Shown one piece after another: positions 1-8,101 of a DNA stretch of 42,268 nucleotides. Location: assembly GCA_041737325.1 (NCBI GenBank), contig JBGSRY010000114.1, positions 1 to 42,268 on the forward strand, read 5' to 3'. Numbering within the stretch: the first letter of the stretch is position 1; each line of letters begins with the position of its first letter. Made by a program: the position numbers and the translations under genes. The stretch comes from Rhodoferax sp. Its GTDB lineage: Bacteria > Pseudomonadota > Gammaproteobacteria > Burkholderiales > Burkholderiaceae_C. The notes below the pieces were generated by a model. The model was given only the letters and a program-made list of their open reading frames with translations. It was not told the DNA's origin and made no database searches.

Positions 1-2
1 TG

Positions 3-245
3 GGTGGTGCTGATGCTGCGTTCGACACGCTCAAAGAGTTGCAAACGGCCATTTTGGATGACCAGACCGGCATTGCTGCGCTGCTCGCCGCTGTCGACAA
101 GCGGGTGCGCTTTGATGCGGCGCAATCCCTGACTGCCACAGAGCAGGAGCAGGCCCGTCAGAACATCGGTGCGGTCTCCGTTCTGGACATCGGCAATGCG
201 GATACCGACTTTGTGGCGGCATTTGAAGCTGCGCTGCAGGCCTGA
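3..245 (+). CDS. Phage structural/fibre-like protein, 5'-partial
   Basis: Frame open from base 3 (GGADAAFDTLKELQTAI...QSLTATEQEQARQNIGA). DTLKEL and EQxQARxNIG motifs are typical of phage fibre/structural proteins. Confidence 0.65.
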   Translation, partial: GGADAAFDTLKELQTAILDDQTGIAALLAAVDKRVRFDAAQSLTATEQEQARQNIGAVSVLDIGNADTDFVAAFEAALQA

Positions 246-251
246 TCGTTG

Positions 252-656
252 ATGAACCTGGCCCAACATATCACCGAATTGGCGCAGCGCCTGGCTCTTG
301 AACTCAAGACCCGCATCACTGCAGATCACCCTGGGGTTGCAAAAGCCTGGGTGTGCTTCGGGGTGGTTGGAACTGGCAGCAAAGCCTCGGTGGTGGTTCG
401 GGCTGGGTTCAATGTTCATAGCGTCACCCGCACAAGCACTGGCAAATTCCGGGTGACGTTTTTGAGCCCCATGCCAGATGCCAATTACTGCTGGCAGGCG
501 TTCACACGCAATGCGGGCAACCAATCGTCCATGAAACACGCTGGCGCACGCGCCACCGCAGAAGCCAAGACCACCCAGTTTGTGGAGGTCGTCTGTACCA
601 CCTCAAACGGCACCTTGACCGACACCACCGAGATGAACCTGACCGTCTGGCGCTGA
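252..656 (+). CDS. Phage protein resembling a tail-fibre C-terminal beta domain
   Basis: AKAWVCF...FNVHSVTRTSTGKFRVTF...PDANY pattern recalls fibre C-terminal domains. ATG at 252. Confidence 0.55.
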   Translation: MNLAQHITELAQRLALELKTRITADHPGVAKAWVCFGVVGTGSKASVVVRAGFNVHSVTRTSTGKFRVTFLSPMPDANYCWQAFTRNAGNQSSMKHAGARATAEAKTTQFVEVVCTTSNGTLTDTTEMNLTVWR

Positions 657-679
657 TGCCCGAACAGAAAACAAACACC

Positions 680-901
680 ATGTCCTTCTCACAAACCCAA
701 CTCGAAGTCTTGCAGACGGCACTCACACAAGGCGAACGTCGTGTCTCCTTCGGCGACAAGACCGTCGAATACCGCTCTGTTGACGAACTCCGCCAAGCTA
801 TTCGCGAGGTCAAGCGAGGGCTGTCAGAGCAAGCCGCATCAACTGGCATGTGGCCCGGCGCGCCGCGTCAGATTCGCGTGACCACATCCAAGGGCTTCTG
901 A
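680..901 (+). CDS. gpW-like head-to-tail joining protein
   Basis: 73 aa, LxxALxxGxxRVxFGDKTVEYRSxDEL motif, stop overlaps the portal ATG. Confidence 0.85.
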   Translation: MSFSQTQLEVLQTALTQGERRVSFGDKTVEYRSVDELRQAIREVKRGLSEQAASTGMWPGAPRQIRVTTSKGF

Positions 902-2454
902 TGACTTGGTACACAAAAATTCGAAGCCTGTTTGGCCAGATTGGTCAGGGACCCGTACATGAGGCAGCAGGCCGTGGCAGACGCGCACAGGCCTGGATGC
1001 CCGGCAACCCGGGCGCTGTGTCGGCGCTGCTTGCCACCAATTCCGAACTGCGCACCAAAAGCCGCGATCTGGTGCGGCGCAACGCCTGGGCGCAGTCTGG
1101 CATTGAGGCTTTTGTGGCCAATGCAGTCGGCACCGGCATCAAGCCACAAAGTCTGGCCGGTGACGACACGTTCAAGGCGGCAGTGCAGACGCTGTGGCGC
1201 GATTGGGTAGAGGAAGCCGATGCGGCAGGCCAGACAGACTTCTATGGTTTGCAAGCCTTGGCTTGTCGGGCCATGCTGGAGGGCGGTGAGTGCCTGATCC
1301 GGCTGCGACCGCGCCGACCGGAAGATGGGCTGAGTGTGCCGCTGCAACTCCAGCTGATTGAGCCAGAGCACCTGCCGCTGAATCTCAACATCGATCTCGA
1401 TTCTGGCAATGTGGTTCGTTCGGGCATCGAATTCGATGGCGTTGGCAGGCGCGTGGCGTACCACTTGTACCGTTCCCACCCCGAGGATGGCAGGCTGGCA
1501 CCCATGTCCGGCCAGGGTGGTCTGGAGACGGTGCGCATCGATGCCAGTGAAATCATCCACCTGTACAAGGTGTTGCGCCCGGGTCAGATACGGGGCGAGC
1601 CGTGGCTTTCACGCGCCCTGGTCAAGCTCAATGAACTCGACCAGTACGACGATGCTGAACTAGTGCGCAAGAAGACCGCCGCCATGTTCGCAGGCTTTGT
1701 CACCCGCCAAAGCGTGGAGGACAACCTGCTGGGCGAAGGTCTGCCCGATGGCAACGGTGTGTCGCTGGCGGGTCTTGAGCCCGGCACCATGCAGATTCTT
1801 GAGCCCGGTGAAGACATCAAGTTCTCCGACCCGGCCGATGTGGGTGGCTCCTACGGTGAATTCCTGCGCGCCCAGTTTCGGGCAGTGGCAGCGGCCATCG
1901 GCATCACCTATGAGCAACTCACCGGCGACCTCTCGGGTGTGAACTATTCCAGCATTCGCGCGGGAATGTTGGAATTCAGGCGGCGATGCGAGATGGTGCA
2001 GCACGGCGTGCTGGTTCATCAGATGTGTCGCCCGGTGTGGGCCGCATGGATGAAGCAGGCCGTGCTCAGTGGCGCATTGCAGGCTCCAGGCTTTGCTCGG
2101 GGCGGCAACGCAAAGCGGCGGCAATACCTCGCAGCCAAGTGGATTCCGCAGGGCTGGCAGTGGGTGGACCCCGAGAAAGAGTTCAAAGCCATGCTGCTGG
2201 CGATTCGCTCCGGGCTGATGAGTCGGTCTGAGGCGATTTCGGCTTTTGGCTATGACGCAGAGGATGTTGACCGAGAAATCGCTGCTGACAACCAGCGCGC
2301 CGATGACCTGGGTCTGATTTTTGACTCCGACCCTAGGCGCACCTCCAAAGACGGTGGCAGCGCCGAGCCCAACAGCCAAGCAGTTCGGTCAGCCAAGGAC
2401 CAAAACACTCAAGCCAGCGATCAGTCCAGCGACCCCGCCACGGCTGACGCTTAA
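901..2454 (+). CDS. Phage portal protein, lambda family
   Basis: RSRDLxRNN-like segment, RPGQxRGxP, GDxSxVNYSSxRAG and WxWVDPxKE motifs. The ATG at 901 overlaps the gpW TGA. Confidence 0.95.
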   Translation: MTWYTKIRSLFGQIGQGPVHEAAGRGRRAQAWMPGNPGAVSALLATNSELRTKSRDLVRRNAWAQSGIEAFVANAVGTGIKPQSLAGDDTFKAAVQTLWRDWVEEADAAGQTDFYGLQALACRAMLEGGECLIRLRPRRPEDGLSVPLQLQLIEPEHLPLNLNIDLDSGNVVRSGIEFDGVGRRVAYHLYRSHPEDGRLAPMSGQGGLETVRIDASEIIHLYKVLRPGQIRGEPWLSRALVKLNELDQYDDAELVRKKTAAMFAGFVTRQSVEDNLLGEGLPDGNGVSLAGLEPGTMQILEPGEDIKFSDPADVGGSYGEFLRAQFRAVAAAIGITYEQLTGDLSGVNYSSIRAGMLEFRRRCEMVQHGVLVHQMCRPVWAAWMKQAVLSGALQAPGFARGGNAKRRQYLAAKWIPQGWQWVDPEKEFKAMLLAIRSGLMSRSEAISAFGYDAEDVDREIAADNQRADDLGLIFDSDPRRTSKDGGSAEPNSQAVRSAKDQNTQASDQSSDPATADA

Positions 2455-2463
2455 AGGATTTCC

Positions 2464-3741
2464 ATGAACCTGTTACCGCATTTGGCGGCACGCCTGTTTG
2501 GTGCGCCGCTGCTTATCCATCGCCCAAAACTTGATGTCATCCTGTCCGTGCTGGGCTCGCGCGTCGGGTTGGCCGATTTGTCCGCACCGACTGGCTTTGT
2601 CCAGCCTGATCGAAGCGCTGCCCTGGCAGATACCGGCGCTGCTCATTCAGGTATTGCTGTGATCCCCATTTATGGCACGTTGGTGCGGCGCACCCAGGGG
2701 CTTGAAGCGCAATCTGGGCTGACCAGCTATGCCGGAATTGCCTTGGCACTGGATACAGCACTGGCCGACCCGAGCGTTGCTGCCATCCTACTTGACATCG
2801 ACTCACCCGGAGGCGAATCCTCTGGCGTGTTTGATCTGGCCGACCGGATTCGTGCGGCCACGGCCATCAAACCGGTCTGGGCGGTTGCCAACGACATGGC
2901 GTTTTCCGCAGCCTACGCGCTGGGCAGTGCCGCCAGCCGCCTGATCGTCTCGCGCACGGGCGGTGTGGGCTCCATTGGCGTGATTGCCATGCACGTTGAC
3001 CAGTCGGTCAAAGACCAGCAAGACGGTATTGCCTACACCGCCGTGTTTGCCGGTGATCGAAAAAACGATCTCAACCCGCACGCACCCATTTCGGGCGAAG
3101 CACACATTTTTTTGCAGGGTGAAGTCAATCGCATTTATGACCTGTTCGCCACGACGGTGGCCAAACACCGGGGCATGGGCGTGAACACCATCAAAAGCAC
3201 CCAAGCCGCCCTTTACTTTGGCGCAGACGCGGTGGCTTCTGGTCTGGCGGATGACGTGGGAACGCTCGATGACGCGATCAAGCAGATCAATTCCATGCTG
3301 ACTCCACCAGTTCCCTCGCTCTCCCGACTGCTTCTCCGTCAAACCCTCCCTGAAACCTCACCTGAAAAGGAAATTCCCATGACGCAATCCGTCCAACCCA
3401 CTCCTGTGCTCGCCCAAACTGGTATCAATACCACATCTGCCGCCACGTCGGCCGCCACTTCACCCGCCGACTCCGTGTTTGCGGTTTCTGATGCGATTGA
3501 AGTCGCGCAAAGCTGCACGCTGGCTGGACGCACCGACTTGATCGCTGGCTTTTTGGAGGCCAAAGTGGCACCCGCTCAGGTGCGCAGCCAGTTGCTCACG
3601 GCAATGGCTCAGCAATCCACGGAAATCGTCAGCCGCATCGACCCGAATGCTGCACACCGCCAGGAAATGGCGACAACCAACCCTGCTTCGCCTGACAACC
3701 CGCTGATTGCCGCCGTCAAAGCCCGAATCGGTGCTCGCTAA
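2464..3741 (+). CDS. S49 family prohead protease / scaffold fusion (lambda gpC-like)
   Basis: DIDSPGGE, AFSAAYALGS and GVGSIGV motifs, followed by a low-complexity linker and a C-terminal scaffold-like domain. Confidence 0.92.
   Translation: MNLLPHLAARLFGAPLLIHRPKLDVILSVLGSRVGLADLSAPTGFVQPDRSAALADTGAAHSGIAVIPIYGTLVRRTQGLEAQSGLTSYAGIALALDTALADPSVAAILLDIDSPGGESSGVFDLADRIRAATAIKPVWAVANDMAFSAAYALGSAASRLIVSRTGGVGSIGVIAMHVDQSVKDQQDGIAYTAVFAGDRKNDLNPHAPISGEAHIFLQGEVNRIYDLFATTVAKHRGMGVNTIKSTQAALYFGADAVASGLADDVGTLDDAIKQINSMLTPPVPSLSRLLLRQTLPETSPEKEIPMTQSVQPTPVLAQTGINTTSAATSAATSPADSVFAVSDAIEVAQSCTLAGRTDLIAGFLEAKVAPAQVRSQLLTAMAQQSTEIVSRIDPNAAHRQEMATTNPASPDNPLIAAVKARIGAR
3379..3741 (+). CDS. Internal in-frame scaffolding protein (Nu3-like)
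   Basis: AAGGA Shine-Dalgarno followed by an in-frame ATG at 3379 inside the protease gene, the same arrangement as lambda C/Nu3. Confidence 0.6.
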   Translation: MTQSVQPTPVLAQTGINTTSAATSAATSPADSVFAVSDAIEVAQSCTLAGRTDLIAGFLEAKVAPAQVRSQLLTAMAQQSTEIVSRIDPNAAHRQEMATTNPASPDNPLIAAVKARIGAR

Positions 3742-3776
3742 ATCCCACCTGACCGCCTCACTAATAGGAGAACTCC

Positions 3777-4154
3777 ATGGCTGAAATCAAACAAACCCTC
3801 AATCTGGGCGACTTGCTCAAGTACGAAGACGAAGGCTTTTACTCGCGCGACCGCGCCACCCTGACTGCTGGCCAAACCCTGGTACTTGGCACCGTACTTG
3901 GGCTGGTGACCGCCACCGGCAAGGTCAAACAACTTGATCCAAGTGCCACCGATGGCAGCCAACTCGCCTGTGGTGTGTTGTTGCAGGACTGCGATGCCTA
4001 CTTGGTGGACCGGGACGACGCACTGATGCTGGCGCGCCATGGCGCGGTGGCCCAACACGCACTCACCTGGCCTGCGGCCATCACCGTGGCAGAGCGCGAT
4101 GCAGCAGTGGCCCAACTCAAGACCGTGGGCATTCTGGTGCGCCAAAGCGCCTGA
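3777..4154 (+). CDS. Head decoration protein (gpD-like)
   Basis: SRDxxTL...GxVLG...DGSQxAxGVL motif, GGAG RBS, located between protease and capsid. Confidence 0.88.
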   Translation: MAEIKQTLNLGDLLKYEDEGFYSRDRATLTAGQTLVLGTVLGLVTATGKVKQLDPSATDGSQLACGVLLQDCDAYLVDRDDALMLARHGAVAQHALTWPAAITVAERDAAVAQLKTVGILVRQSA

Positions 4155-4216
4155 TATCCGCTTTGATCTGCAAGCCAATTCGCCCCACTCATCCCACTTT
4201 TTGAAGGAAAGCCATC

Positions 4217-5239
4217 ATGGCCATCAACAACCCGTTTCTCAATCCTGCTTTTTCAATGGCATCGCTGACAGCCGCGATCAACCTGCTGCCCAACCGCTAC
4301 GACCGACTCGACCAGTTGGGTCTTTTTGCCGCCAAGCCGGTGCGCACCCGCACCATCGTGCTGGAGGAAAAGGCCGGTGTGCTCAATTTGCTGCCCAGCC
4401 TGCCTGTGGGCTCACCTGGCACGGTCGGTATTCGGGGCAAACGCACGCTGCGCAGCTTTGTGATCCCGCACATCCCGCACGATGACGTGGTGCTGCCTGA
4501 AGAAGTCTCTGGCCTGCGCTCCTTCGGTACCGAGAACGAATTTGCCTCCATTGCAGCGGTGCTGGCCGAGCACTTGGACAACATGCGCACCAAGCATGCG
4601 GCCACCCTGGAGTACCTGCGCATGGGCGCTTTGAAAGGCATCGTGCTCGACGCGGATGGCCGGGTTCTGGTGAATCTGTACGACGAATTCAAGATTACGC
4701 CCAAAACCATCAGCTTCAAACTCAACGTTGACACCACCAACGTGCTGGAAAAGTGTCTCGATCTCAAGCGCTACCTCGGCAAAAGCCTGATGGGTGAGCG
4801 CATGAGCAGCGTGCAGTGCTTGGTCTCGCCCGAGTTCTTCACCAAGCTCGTGACCCACCCCAGCGTGGTCGATGCGTACCGGCTGTTCAACGAGAGCCAG
4901 ATTCTGCGCTCCGACATGCGCTCGGGCTTCCCGTTTGCAGGGGTCACCTTTGAGGAATACGCCGGTGAAGCCAGCGTGCCCGATGGCTCCGGTGGCTGGG
5001 TGACCAAACCGTACATCGAAGCGGGCGAAGCGCATGCGTTCCCGCTGGGCACGATTGACACTTTTGCCACCTACTTTGCACCGGCTGACTTCAACGAGAC
5101 GGTCAACACGCTGGGCCAGCCGATTTATGCCAAGCAGGCACCGCGCCATTTTGAGCGTGGCACGGACTTGCACACCCAAAGCAACCCGCTGCCCCTGTGC
5201 CAGCGTCCAGCCCTGTTGGTGCGCCTGACCGCGACGTGA
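4217..5239 (+). CDS. Major capsid protein (lambda gpE family)
   Basis: 340 aa, FSMASLTxAIN start, TxEYLRxGALKG, QSNPLPxCxRP end. Confidence 0.93.
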   Translation: MAINNPFLNPAFSMASLTAAINLLPNRYDRLDQLGLFAAKPVRTRTIVLEEKAGVLNLLPSLPVGSPGTVGIRGKRTLRSFVIPHIPHDDVVLPEEVSGLRSFGTENEFASIAAVLAEHLDNMRTKHAATLEYLRMGALKGIVLDADGRVLVNLYDEFKITPKTISFKLNVDTTNVLEKCLDLKRYLGKSLMGERMSSVQCLVSPEFFTKLVTHPSVVDAYRLFNESQILRSDMRSGFPFAGVTFEEYAGEASVPDGSGGWVTKPYIEAGEAHAFPLGTIDTFATYFAPADFNETVNTLGQPIYAKQAPRHFERGTDLHTQSNPLPLCQRPALLVRLTAT

Positions 5240-5252
5240 TCGGGTTAAACGC

Positions 5253-5558
5253 ATGACGACACTGGTCGAAAAAATCTATCTGGCCGCTGCCAACGTCGGG
5301 TTTCTCAAGATCTGCGTCTGGCAACCCAGCGATGGCGGTACAGCGCAAACGCATTCGGTCGGGTTTTCTGCACCTGACCAAGACGTGCTCTCAGGGCTTG
5401 GTGTCAGCACTGAATTCGAGATGACCTACCCGAACTCTTGCTTTGTGGGGCTCAAATCCCGCGAACCAGTGCAGATTGAGGGTGTCGCGTATCAGGTGCG
5501 AGAAGTCACGGCCGTGGGCGATGGCTCTGAGGTGCGCGCCAAGCTGATGCGGGTGTAA
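5253..5558 (+). CDS. Head-tail joining protein (gpFII-like)
   Basis: Size, position after the capsid gene, and C-terminal GxxYxVRxVxxxGDGxExxAxL. Confidence 0.7.
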   Translation: MTTLVEKIYLAAANVGFLKICVWQPSDGGTAQTHSVGFSAPDQDVLSGLGVSTEFEMTYPNSCFVGLKSREPVQIEGVAYQVREVTAVGDGSEVRAKLMRV

Positions 5559-5563
5559 ATCCC

Positions 5564-6010
5564 ATGGCAGCGAACTCCATTCGTGAACGGATTTTGCAGG
5601 CGCTGGTGGCGCGGTTGAACCCGGTGGCCATGGATCAGGCCGCCACTGTGTGGCGCACGCCCAGTGTTGCCATCACCCGCGATCAGTGCCCAGCCCTGGT
5701 GGTGTTTCCTGAGAGCGAGTCACTTGCGGAGCGCGCCAACGACCGGGTCACCCGCGAGTTGACAGTACGCATCACCGCTCTGGCGCGTGCCGTGCCGCCA
5801 GTAATTCCAGAAACCCAAGCTGATGCCTTGCTCTGCGCGGCGCATACCGCCCTGATGAGTGACGTCAACCTGGGCGGTCTGGCGCTCGGCGTGCGGGAAG
5901 TCGAGTCCGAATGGGAAGTGGATGACGCTGACGGCGTTGCTGCCAGCACATCTGCTCGCTACCAGATCACCTACCGCACCCTGATTGCAGACATCTCCAT
6001 CCAAGCCTGA
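5564..6010 (+). CDS. Tail terminator-like protein
   Basis: SIRERI start, PAL motif, YxITYRT end, position before the tail tube gene. Confidence 0.65.
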   Translation: MAANSIRERILQALVARLNPVAMDQAATVWRTPSVAITRDQCPALVVFPESESLAERANDRVTRELTVRITALARAVPPVIPETQADALLCAAHTALMSDVNLGGLALGVREVESEWEVDDADGVAASTSARYQITYRTLIADISIQA

Positions 6011-6061
6011 ATCAATTTTTCATTTTCTGTTTATTTATTCCAACGTTAAGGATCCCAAACC

Positions 6062-6835
6062 ATGAGTACCTATGCATCATTCCAGGGTCGTGTTTACCTC
6101 GGCAAACGTGACGTGGAAGGCAACCCCATCGAGGTTCGCTCACCCGGCAATGTCGCCGAGTTGAAACTCTCGCTCAAAACCGACGTGCTGGAGCACTATG
6201 AGAGCCAGACAGGTCAGCGCACGCTGGATCACCGCATGGTCAAGCAAAAGTCGGCCACGGTGAATCTGACCATTGAAGAGTTCACCAAAGAAAACCTGGC
6301 GCTGGCGTTGTACGGCAACTACGTGGTCGGCACGCCCGGCACCGTGACCAATGAGCCATTGGCGGGCGCGTCACCTTTGGTGGGTGAGCGCTATTTCCTG
6401 GCTCACCCCAAGGTGGCCAGCCTGGTGATTCTGGACAGCAGCGCCACACCCGCAACACTTGTCGAAGGGGTGGACTACACGGTCGATAAAGACTTTGGAG
6501 CGATCCAGTTGCTGCGTCTGAACGATGGCGGCACACCTGCCGTGGCCTACGCCGCACCCTTGAAGGCCAGCTACGCCTTCGGTGTCACCACCGAGATCGG
6601 CATCTTCACGCAACCGCTGCCAGAGCGTTTCCTTCGGCTGGAGGGCATCAACACCGCCGACGGTAATGCAAAGGTCTTGGTGGAGTTGTACCGGGTGGCG
6701 TTTGATCCCTTGAAGGAAATCTCGTTCATCTCGAACGAATACAACAAGTTCGAGATGGAAGGCTCGCTCTTGGCTGACTCCAGCAAACCGTTCGATGCAA
6801 CGCTGGGCCAGTTCGGCCGCATTGTCCAAATCTGA
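6062..6835 (+). CDS. Major tail tube protein
   Basis: GQGxVY-like start, GNVxxLxL, EHxESxTG and ENLALALYG motifs of lambdoid-type tail tubes. Confidence 0.82.
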   Translation: MSTYASFQGRVYLGKRDVEGNPIEVRSPGNVAELKLSLKTDVLEHYESQTGQRTLDHRMVKQKSATVNLTIEEFTKENLALALYGNYVVGTPGTVTNEPLAGASPLVGERYFLAHPKVASLVILDSSATPATLVEGVDYTVDKDFGAIQLLRLNDGGTPAVAYAAPLKASYAFGVTTEIGIFTQPLPERFLRLEGINTADGNAKVLVELYRVAFDPLKEISFISNEYNKFEMEGSLLADSSKPFDATLGQFGRIVQI

Positions 6836-6845
6836 AAGGTGCGTC

Positions 6846-7241
6846 ATGACTGACTTGGAAAAACTCATTCCCCAGGACACACTGGTGCAGGTGGCAGGCG
6901 AAACCATTGCGATCTCCCCCCTCAAGGTGGGCCAGTTGCCTGCTTTCCTGCGGGTGATCTCACCCGTGATGGCGCAGTTGGGCCAACCGCAAATCAACTG
7001 GCTGGCGCTGTTTGGCGAGCGTGGTGACGATTTGTTGAACGCCATTGGCATCGCAGTCAAAAAACCGCGCGAGTGGGTGGACGACCTCGCAGCGGATGAC
7101 GCGTTGCTGCTGGCAGCCAAGGTGATGGAGATCAACGCTGATTTTTTTACCCGAACGGTGATTCCCAAACTCGACGGTCTGTTCAGTCTGGGCAAGGGAA
7201 TTCAAGCAGCCAACACTGGTTCGACCTCACCCAGCGCCTGA
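6846..7241 (+). CDS. Tail assembly chaperone (gpG-like)
   Basis: ATG at 6846, directly after the tail tube gene, ends with NADFF at a T7 run. Confidence 0.75.
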   Translation: MTDLEKLIPQDTLVQVAGETIAISPLKVGQLPAFLRVISPVMAQLGQPQINWLALFGERGDDLLNAIGIAVKKPREWVDDLAADDALLLAAKVMEINADFFTRTVIPKLDGLFSLGKGIQAANTGSTSPSA

Positions 7242-7438
7242 TCGGGCACGGCCACCGGCTGCCCGACATCCTGGACTACACGCTGGCGCAGTTGAAGGGT
7301 TTTGCTGCTGCCATCTCTCGCTTGGACAGCGCGCGTGATGCCCAACTCCTGTCCCTGATCGCCATTGGTAGCAGGGGCGACTCCAAGAACCTCGATCAAA
7401 CGCTTGAACGTCTGACCACAGCATCAACCTCGTCATGA
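7142..7438 (+). CDS. -1 frameshift extension of the tail assembly chaperone (gpGT-like)
   Basis: T TTT TTT slippery heptamer at 7142-7148. The -1 frame has a TGA at 7139-7141 and is then open to 7438 (WFDLTQRLIGHGH...DYTLAQ). Confidence 0.75.
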   Translation, partial: FFYPNGDSQTRRSVQSGQGNSSSQHWFDLTQRLIGHGHRLPDILDYTLAQLKGFAAAISRLDSARDAQLLSLIAIGSRGDSKNLDQTLERLTTASTSS

Positions 7439-8079
7439 AAATCTCCATCCGAATCGACAGCGCCGCAGCTCAAGCCCAACTGCGCCGATGGGGTGGAGAG
7501 TTTCGTGACAAGGTCAAAAAGGCGGTAGCCAAGGCCATGGCGAAAGAGGCTATTGCGATCAAGACAGACGTGCGCGATCAGGTGGCCAGCCAACTGACGG
7601 TGGTCAAAAAGACCTTCCTCAAGGGGTTCTCCGCCTACGTGATCGACAAAGACCCCAGTCGCCTGCCTGCGCTCTACGTGGGCTCGCGCATCCCATGGGT
7701 CGGCATGCACGAAAAAGGAGGTGTCATCTCTGCAAAGATGCTGATCCCACTGCATGGCCGGGTTGGCCGCAAGCGCTTCAAGGCGCAAATTGCCGAACTC
7801 ATGCGGGGCGGCAACGCCTACTTCATCAAAAACGCCAAGGGCAACGTGGTGTTGATGGCCGAGAACATCAAAGAGCACGACCGACCTTTGGCTGGATTTA
7901 AACGCCGGTACCGAAAAGCAGAAGGTATCAAGCGTTTGAAGCGCGGTGCGGATATCCCGATAGCGGTGCTCGTTCCCCGCGTCATGCTCAAAAAGCGACT
8001 TGATATTGAGCGACTGGTGGTGCGGCGCATCCCAAGACTGGCAGCAAGCATCGAACAACAAATCCGCACGGTCGGATGA
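7435..8079 (+). CDS. Basic phage tail completion-like protein (DUF6441-like)
   Basis: 214 aa, Lys/Arg rich, WxGxHExGG motif, ATGA-coupled to the frameshift ORF. Confidence 0.55.
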   Translation: MKISIRIDSAAAQAQLRRWGGEFRDKVKKAVAKAMAKEAIAIKTDVRDQVASQLTVVKKTFLKGFSAYVIDKDPSRLPALYVGSRIPWVGMHEKGGVISAKMLIPLHGRVGRKRFKAQIAELMRGGNAYFIKNAKGNVVLMAENIKEHDRPLAGFKRRYRKAEGIKRLKRGADIPIAVLVPRVMLKKRLDIERLVVRRIPRLAASIEQQIRTVG

Positions 8080-8101
8080 CCCTCAAATATTGAACTAACC
8101 C

